Shown here: positions 57,631-64,000 of the stretch, piece by piece
Layout: every line of letters starts with the position of its first letter
How positions within the stretch are numbered: the first letter of the stretch is position 1
Source of the DNA: Nemertoderma westbladi
Taxonomy: Eukaryota; Animalia; Xenacoelomorpha
Reading direction: 5' to 3'
Assembly (NCBI GenBank): GCA_032718475.1
Contig: JAUCBJ010006867.1
Coordinates: 42,487-106,486, forward strand
Length of the DNA stretch: 64,000 bases
Program-made: the position numbers and the translations under genes
The notes under the pieces: generated by a model
The model's database searches: none
Told to the model about the DNA's origin: nothing
The model's input: the letters and a program-made list of their open reading frames with translations, nothing else

Positions 57631-58049
57631 CGAAAAATCTCTCTCTCTCTCTCCCCCTATTGGCGGTGGCATAATATTGGGATGTTGTCACCATGTAGGT
57701 GTAGATATGTAATTACAATGCACTGTACCAATAAATATACTAAATATAAATATATATATAACAGCTCATATTGCGCGGTCATGTGACTACCATTGATCAC
57801 TACCATGATTCTATTGGCAAGGCAGGGAGCAGGGAGCTCCTGCTTGTACAGTAAGCTTGACCTTTGTAGCTTACAAGCTGGGATGTTAATCGTTTCCATT
57901 TTTTGGCTAATAACAGTTTAAGGTGACATATTGATTTTCTGGATGGCGCAATGCTGTCAGGGCTCGCTCCCATAACAAAATGCCTCCCCAGATGGCTGGT
58001 CCAATGTCGGTAGTACACCCACAACAGCAACAATAACTATCTTTTTATG

Positions 58050-58410
58050 ATGTTAAGAGGGAAGTCAAGGAACAACAGAAACGTGAGCAAAGCATCATAA
58101 TCCGAGGCTTACCTGTCAACAATAACGATTCAGATATAGACTATCAATGCACTACTCCAGTAGGAATTTAATACATTTGACTGTGTAGAATCTATTACTT
58201 CCAGAGCACCAGCAAAAGACTCCAAACCATCAAGGTTAATAATGAAACTCATATCAATTACTTTTATATCAATTACTTTTAAGGATGAAAGCTCTGGGCT
58301 CAAAGAAATTGTTACGTAATTTCCATGCATATTCGAATGTCTACGTTGATCAGGATCTAACCAGGCTACAATCGGAGCAACTTTTCCTCAAGCGTGAGGA
58401 AAGGTGACGC
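58050..58410 (+). pseudogene. Remnant resembling CR1/L2-type LINE ORF1
   Basis: EVKEQQKREQSIIIRGLP and, after frame breaks, NVYVDQDLTRLQ, resembling ORF1 motifs N(I/L)IIxGL and V(Y/F)IxxDLT. Confidence 0.55.
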
Positions 58411-59316
58411 TCACATATCTCGTTGCAGGCTGCTCAGGTAACTACGCCAGTCCATCTGGACTGAAGTGCCATAGGTGCCGAAACTATGGTACTGCAGCTC
58501 TCAAATAGTCCAATCCAATTAGGCTACTCTAGAACACATCCTGTGTCTTTATGGGGTCGGTAATCAGTCTCAGTTGGCCAGTCTGCCCCTAGAGGGTGAA
58601 ATGTACGAAAGTGATAACCTTCGAGATTTCCATGATCTTAATCTGTTTAAGCTGAATCTTGGAATATAGGCCCATCGACATATGTATCAGATAACATGCT
58701 GGGTCTTTTTGAGCAACGTTATTCATCTGCAATTCTCTGGTCTGACGCTGACGTCTGAAAGTGAAAATCTTCACCCATTTCCGAGATTTTAATTCGTTTA
58801 AGCTGAATCTTGGCATATATGACATATTATACCACACGTGTGATTTTGGTTTCACCATGAATGCTTCAAAGGGACTAGTCAGGGCGTATTTCCTAGGCAT
58901 ACTTTCCCAGGGCCAGGGCTGCCTTGCACACTTAAATGAATACTGGACCTCTAGGGAGTATAGTTCTTGGGGGACATCACCGGTGTAGAAGGCAACAGGT
59001 ACTACTACCCAGCATCAGGTAATAAAGTAGTTGTCATGTAATTCGTACTAATTTACAGTTGCCTTATTCAATAAGTATTTTAATTGGCAGTAATATTGAG
59101 CAATTTGTTATAGTATACATGTAATTTGGTGAAGGGCGTTTCTTGGCTCTTACTCAGTGCAGTACCAGCTGTTCAGCTTAACAAACTGGGTTGTGTTTAA
59201 AGTTATATTCTACATTATGAATTATATTACAATGAATCGAGATTTAGAGTGAATTAGATTAAAACAATTTATTTTTCCAATACAATTTTGGGTTCAAACA
59301 AGAAATCCATTACATT

Positions 59317-59326
59317 TGGCGCCCGA
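59317..59326 (+). other. Canonical tRNA primer-binding site (tRNA-Lys-like) of element E
   Basis: TGGCGCCCGA, 2 nt after ...TTACA, matches the first 10 nt of the tRNA-Lys(UUU)-type PBS TGGCGCCCGAACAGGGAC. Confidence 0.8.
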
Positions 59327-59389
59327 TAAAAAACTCTTACCATGTACTTGTGTTAAATTAATTATTGTGTACTATACGCACAACAAACA

Positions 59390-60853
59390 ATGGCGGATGC
59401 TGAGGAGTTATCCCGGAAAATTCGCTCAAGAGGCGGCGTTCGAGCCGCAGCAACAATCGCACTTAAAGACTCTGACGATATGGAGTCTTTCAATATCGGG
59501 AGAAAAATGTCTCAGGTGTCAATCTTACAAGGCTATGTCAATCGCCTAGACGAAATGGACATTGCAATTTGGGCAATTACGGACGAAGAAGATAATCAAC
59601 GCGACATACAACAATCAATGACGTACAAGGTTAGACTCACAAACGCAATAACTCAGTTACAACTGTCATTATCAGAAACAACTTTATCAGAAACTAGAGT
59701 AGAACAAGATACCGGTGGTGCTGCAATTGAATTACCCTCTCATAGAAGTAGTTTTTATGCTAATAGTAGTAATTATGCTAGATCTGTGTTACCTAAATTA
59801 GCCCCTCCAAAATTTTCTGGAAATTTATTAGAATATTGCGGGTGGCGAGATTCTTTTCGCTCCGCAATTCATGATTCCGGATTACCAGACGTATTAAAAC
59901 TACAGCATTTAATACAAAGTTTAACTGGTGAAGCGAAAGAAGTAGTATCAGGACTTTCAATATCGTCTGAAAATTATAAGGTAGCAATGGATTTATTACA
60001 AGATAGGTACGGTTCTGAAGGTCGTATCATACAAGCACACATCGATAAACTGAGGAACATTAATCACATATTTAATGGTAGGAAGTATACATTAAGGCAG
60101 GTGTATGATACTTGCCAATCACAAATACGAGCTTTGGAAGCATTAAACACAAAACCAGAGTCATATCAAATTACGGTTATCCCTGATATTATGGGTATAT
60201 TACCTTTCGAATTCGGTGCAAAACTTTTAGCAAAACAAAATAATCATATAGATGACTTGTTATGGTTAATGGAGCAAATTCGGTTACGGTTAGCAAGCGA
60301 AGAGGCAATGACCGAATTCGTAAACACAAATACAAATAAATCAAATACTCAAGGTGCACAAAAACAATTTAAACCGCAAGGTGGCGACATGGCAACAGCA
60401 GCAGCTTTAGCAATAGGTGTAAAAGTCCCAGAACACCAACAAAGAGGGCCAAGTCACAAAAGTTCAAACCAATCCACATCTACATCCCAAAAACATTATC
60501 AAACTCAAGCAACACCTAAACCGAACGCATTTTGTCCAAAATGTGTATATTGCGGTCAATTACATTTTTCAACTGACTGCCAACTTATCAAGGGAGTTTC
60601 GCCAAGAAAAATTGCACTCGATGAAAAGAATTTGTGCTACAATTGTCTACTTCCCGGACATCAAGCAAAGGATTGCACACGTAGAAAGCCGTGCTACACC
60701 TGCAAAAAATTAGGCCATCATAACTCAATTTGTTTTCGTTTGCAACACAATACTAATGCAGGAGCATTTAAATCAAATACAACACACAACATGTTAGCTA
60801 CAATGGCTCAAACGCCTTACCAATCAAACGATGAACTCTGCAGAGGAGCATAA
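59390..60853 (+). CDS. gag: BEL/Pao Gag of element E
   Basis: LPKLAPPKFSG..LTGEA..LQDRYG (DUF1759-like); knuckles CVYC..H..C, CYNC..GH..C and CYTC..GHH..C. Confidence 0.92.
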   Translation: MADAEELSRKIRSRGGVRAAATIALKDSDDMESFNIGRKMSQVSILQGYVNRLDEMDIAIWAITDEEDNQRDIQQSMTYKVRLTNAITQLQLSLSETTLSETRVEQDTGGAAIELPSHRSSFYANSSNYARSVLPKLAPPKFSGNLLEYCGWRDSFRSAIHDSGLPDVLKLQHLIQSLTGEAKEVVSGLSISSENYKVAMDLLQDRYGSEGRIIQAHIDKLRNINHIFNGRKYTLRQVYDTCQSQIRALEALNTKPESYQITVIPDIMGILPFEFGAKLLAKQNNHIDDLLWLMEQIRLRLASEEAMTEFVNTNTNKSNTQGAQKQFKPQGGDMATAAALAIGVKVPEHQQRGPSHKSSNQSTSTSQKHYQTQATPKPNAFCPKCVYCGQLHFSTDCQLIKGVSPRKIALDEKNLCYNCLLPGHQAKDCTRRKPCYTCKKLGHHNSICFRLQHNTNAGAFKSNTTHNMLATMAQTPYQSNDELCRGA

Positions 60854-63800
60854 AGATACTACAGCTATGTTATTACATATGTACAATACAACCGCCAGAC
60901 CTTCAAATGCCTTACTTCAAACCGCGACTATTGACTGCCAAACAGACCACAATGGTATAAGCAAAACAAATACATTTTTCGATTTGGGGAGTCAAAAGTC
61001 ATTTGTTATCAACAAGTTTGTGAAGGATAACAACTTACCGATTATAGGAAAGGAAAGTATTAGTGTAAACGGATTTGGTGGTAAGGAAAGTGAATTTACA
61101 TCTCTAAATGTAGCTCAAATTACCCTAGTTATGAAGGACAACTCGATATTTACAATGTCAGCATTGGTAGTAGACACAATTTGCAATCCAATACACAATA
61201 ACATTCCGTTAGAAACATATGCAAAAATTCGAGTTTCATTTGAATCAATAGAATTCAATAGGATTAGCGAATTCTTCGTATAAACAATCAACACAAGAAT
61301 GTGTGTTTCCGGTTCAACTCTTAGTTGGAAGTGATTTCTACTGGGAAATAGTAACTGGAAGATCAATTAGAGTCTCTAATACCGGCATTGTTGCATTAGA
61401 TTCTGGAGTAGGTTGGTTACTTTCAGGAAACACCGGACAATTTCACAACAATGAAATTGCATTATGTGCAAATAACTCACAACAAGGTAATATGTGCATG
61501 CTTGTTTCAACTGTGGAGGTCGATTCCTCTAACAATAGCGAGAACAACTCAACAGATGTACTAGCGACAATTTTAAAAGCATTTTGGTCTTTAGATAGTA
61601 TGGGTATTTGTCCAAAAGAGTGCCATAGTGAGCGATCAGCAAATATAATAGGAACATATACATTAGAAGAAGGTATGTACTCAGTCAGTTTACCATGGAA
61701 GCTGAATCCCGATCAATTACATGATCATTACAATATGTGTTTCAAGCAATTGTTATCATTAGTTAAACGGCTACAGAAATTAGGGCTTTTGGATCGCTAT
61801 GACAAGGTAATTAAAGAACATTATGCAAAAGGGTACATTGAAAAGGTGAATGTTGGGGAAGTAGAACACAATAGTTCAGGAGTTCATTACATTCCACACC
61901 ACGGGGTCTTAAGAGAAGAAAAGGAGTCAACAAAACTAAGAGTAGTTTATAATGCCTCAGCGCGAGTCAACCCCACTGATTTGTCATTAAATGATTGTCT
62001 CATTCGCGGTCCAAATCGCCTTCCAAATTTGGTTGGAAACCTTTATCGTTTTCGTCTAAATCGCATTGGACTAACCGCAGACGTGGAACAAGCCTTCATG
62101 CGATGCAAAATTAATGAAACAGATAGAGATTGTCTCCGTTTCCTTTGGGTCAGCAACATCAATGATAGTAAACCCTTGAAAATTCAAGCATATCGTTACA
62201 CACGTGCAGCATTTGGGTTGACATGCTCTTCGAACATTTTGTCAGAAATAATACAACACCATTTAGACATAGAATTAGAAGCAAATAAAAACCAATTTCA
62301 GGTGATAGAAAAATTAAGAGAGTTATATGTAGATGATTTAAATTCGGGAGCAGAAACAGTAGAAGAAGGTCTTCAATTTGTTAAGGAAGCGAGACAAATT
62401 CTTGGCCGAGGTGGATTTAATCTCCGCAGATGGATAACAAACTCAGACCATTTACAAGCACAGTTGCAGGACATATCAATTAGCTCAACAAAGGTTGACC
62501 AAACCAAAAATAAAACTGAAGTAAGAGAAGATGATGAAACATATGCAAAAGTGGCAATGAATCTTCCAAATCTTCAGACAGAAAAGGTGAAACGAGTTTT
62601 AGGACAAGGATGGGATATAGAAACAGACGAACTTTGTTTCAATCTGACACCAGTATTTGAATTTGTGAACTCCCTTAAGAAAACATTCAAAGCCGTATTG
62701 CAATTGTCTGCAAGGATATACGATCCAATGGGGATACTAATACCATTCACCAGTCAATTCAAACCTGAATTTCAGGCATTATGTCAAGCAAAATTAGGAT
62801 GGGATGATCCATTACCTAAATCAACAGAAGAAAAATGGGACAAGTGGGTTAAAGGATTGTTAGTGTTGAACAACATTTCTATACCTCGGTACTTATTTGA
62901 CAAAGGCAAAGAAATTAGTCAAATTGAGTTACATGGATTCTCAGATGCCAGTGATAAGTTATATGCTGGTGTTGTTTATGTGAAAGGCCAGTACACTGAT
63001 GAATCAACTACTGTAGAATTATTGACCGCAAAATCAAAGGTGTGCCCACAGCAAACCACAAAAATGGGCCACTCAACACCAAGAAAGGAATTAATGGGAT
63101 CTTTACTTCTAGCGCGATTACTATTATTTGTACACAAATCATTACGATTGAAAATCTCTAAGATCTATATGTGGATGGATGCAATGGATGTTTTGTATTG
63201 GTTAGTAGGGTCCAGCAATAAATACAACCAATTTGTGCACAATCGTGTAAAGGAAATTCGCGAAATTTCTACAGAAATATCAATCAATTGGCGTTATGTT
63301 CCAGGGCAAATTAACCCTGCAGATCTTCCAACAAGAAGTTTTTCTGCAGAATCATTACTCAATTCGAAATTATGGTTCAATGGACCTGGGTTTTTAAAAA
63401 CGCCGATAGAAACCTGGCCAAATAATCCAATAATATCGAAAGATGATGTGTCAAAATCAAGTTTATTGGAAATACATTGTATTACAACACTGTTGGATAG
63501 AGAAGTTTCCGTCACACCCCCAGCTACATCAATCTTAGGTTGTAACGATTCAAGCCACAAAATAGGATTAATTCGAAAATTATCCTGGGTGTTAAGGTTT
63601 GTCAACAACATAAAATCTAAAAGGGACAAGTCATTCGAATTTATTAGTAACCCAATGTTGACTTCAAGAGAAATAAAAAACGCCGAAAAAACAATTCTCC
63701 AATTAGTACAACAGGAATGTTTTCCACAGGAAATTAAATTTCTGAAGAGCAAAGCAAAAACAAAATGTCCAAATTTGGTTCAACAACTGAATCTTTTCAT

Positions 63801-64000
63801 GGATAACGACAACATAATTCGGTCGAAGGGTCGTATACAAGGTCCATTTGGGTCATGGCAAACAAATAACCCTATTGTTTTACCGACAAATCATGACTTC
63901 ACAAAACTAGTCATTGAAGAGGCTCACGAAATGGTAATGCATTCTAGGGTTCGTGAAACATTGGTTCAAGTAAGGGATAAATTTTGGATCCCTCGAGGTC
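60831..64000 (+). pseudogene. pol: Pol of element E (protease, RT, RNase H, start of integrase); frameshifts near 60840 and 61250
   Basis: FFDLGSQKSF in 60831-61283. Frame 1 then appears open from 61213 to the window end (absent from the ORF track, presumably because it has no stop in the window): LVGSDFYWEIV, HYIPHHGV, KLRVVYNAS, LYVDDL, LHGFSDAS, YVPGQINPADL, DKFWIPRG. Confidence 0.92.

Larger units (their letters stand above)
58984..64000 (+). mobile_element. BEL/Pao LTR retrotransposon E (5' part; runs off the window)
   Basis: Putative LTR ending ...CCATTACA at 59314 (start uncertain: 58984, 59037 or about 59119), canonical PBS, then gag and pol. Confidence 0.88.

Noticed and set aside
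2249-63752. Many short antisense and alternate-frame ORFs overlapping gag/pol
   Set aside because: Shadows of long coding frames with no independent motifs.

Overview
AT-rich eukaryotic (probably animal) DNA made almost entirely of transposable elements; I see no intact host gene. It holds four BEL/Pao LTR retrotransposons: A (minus strand, 1-13075, left end off-window), B (24814-55723), C (33370-53166) and E (about 59.0 kb to the window end). It also holds one intact, apparently young Gypsy/Ty3 element D (minus strand, 46408-50912), RTE-like and L2/CR1-like LINE copies and fragments, and two non-autonomous DNA transposons. From 23.9 to 56.0 kb the elements are nested four deep: a piggyBac-like TTAA element contains B, B contains C, and C contains D plus an EnSpm-like MITE. 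Target-site duplications are recoverable for each (ambiguous, 2 or 3 bp, for the MITE). Main observation: B, C, D and probably A have no TGG-type tRNA primer-binding site. The 9-15 nt just after their 5' LTR are instead the exact reverse complement of a segment inside their own LTR. This resembles Tf1/Sushi-type self-priming, here in BEL/Pao elements. Element E keeps a normal tRNA-Lys-like PBS and serves as an internal control. All alignments and mismatch counts were done by eye.
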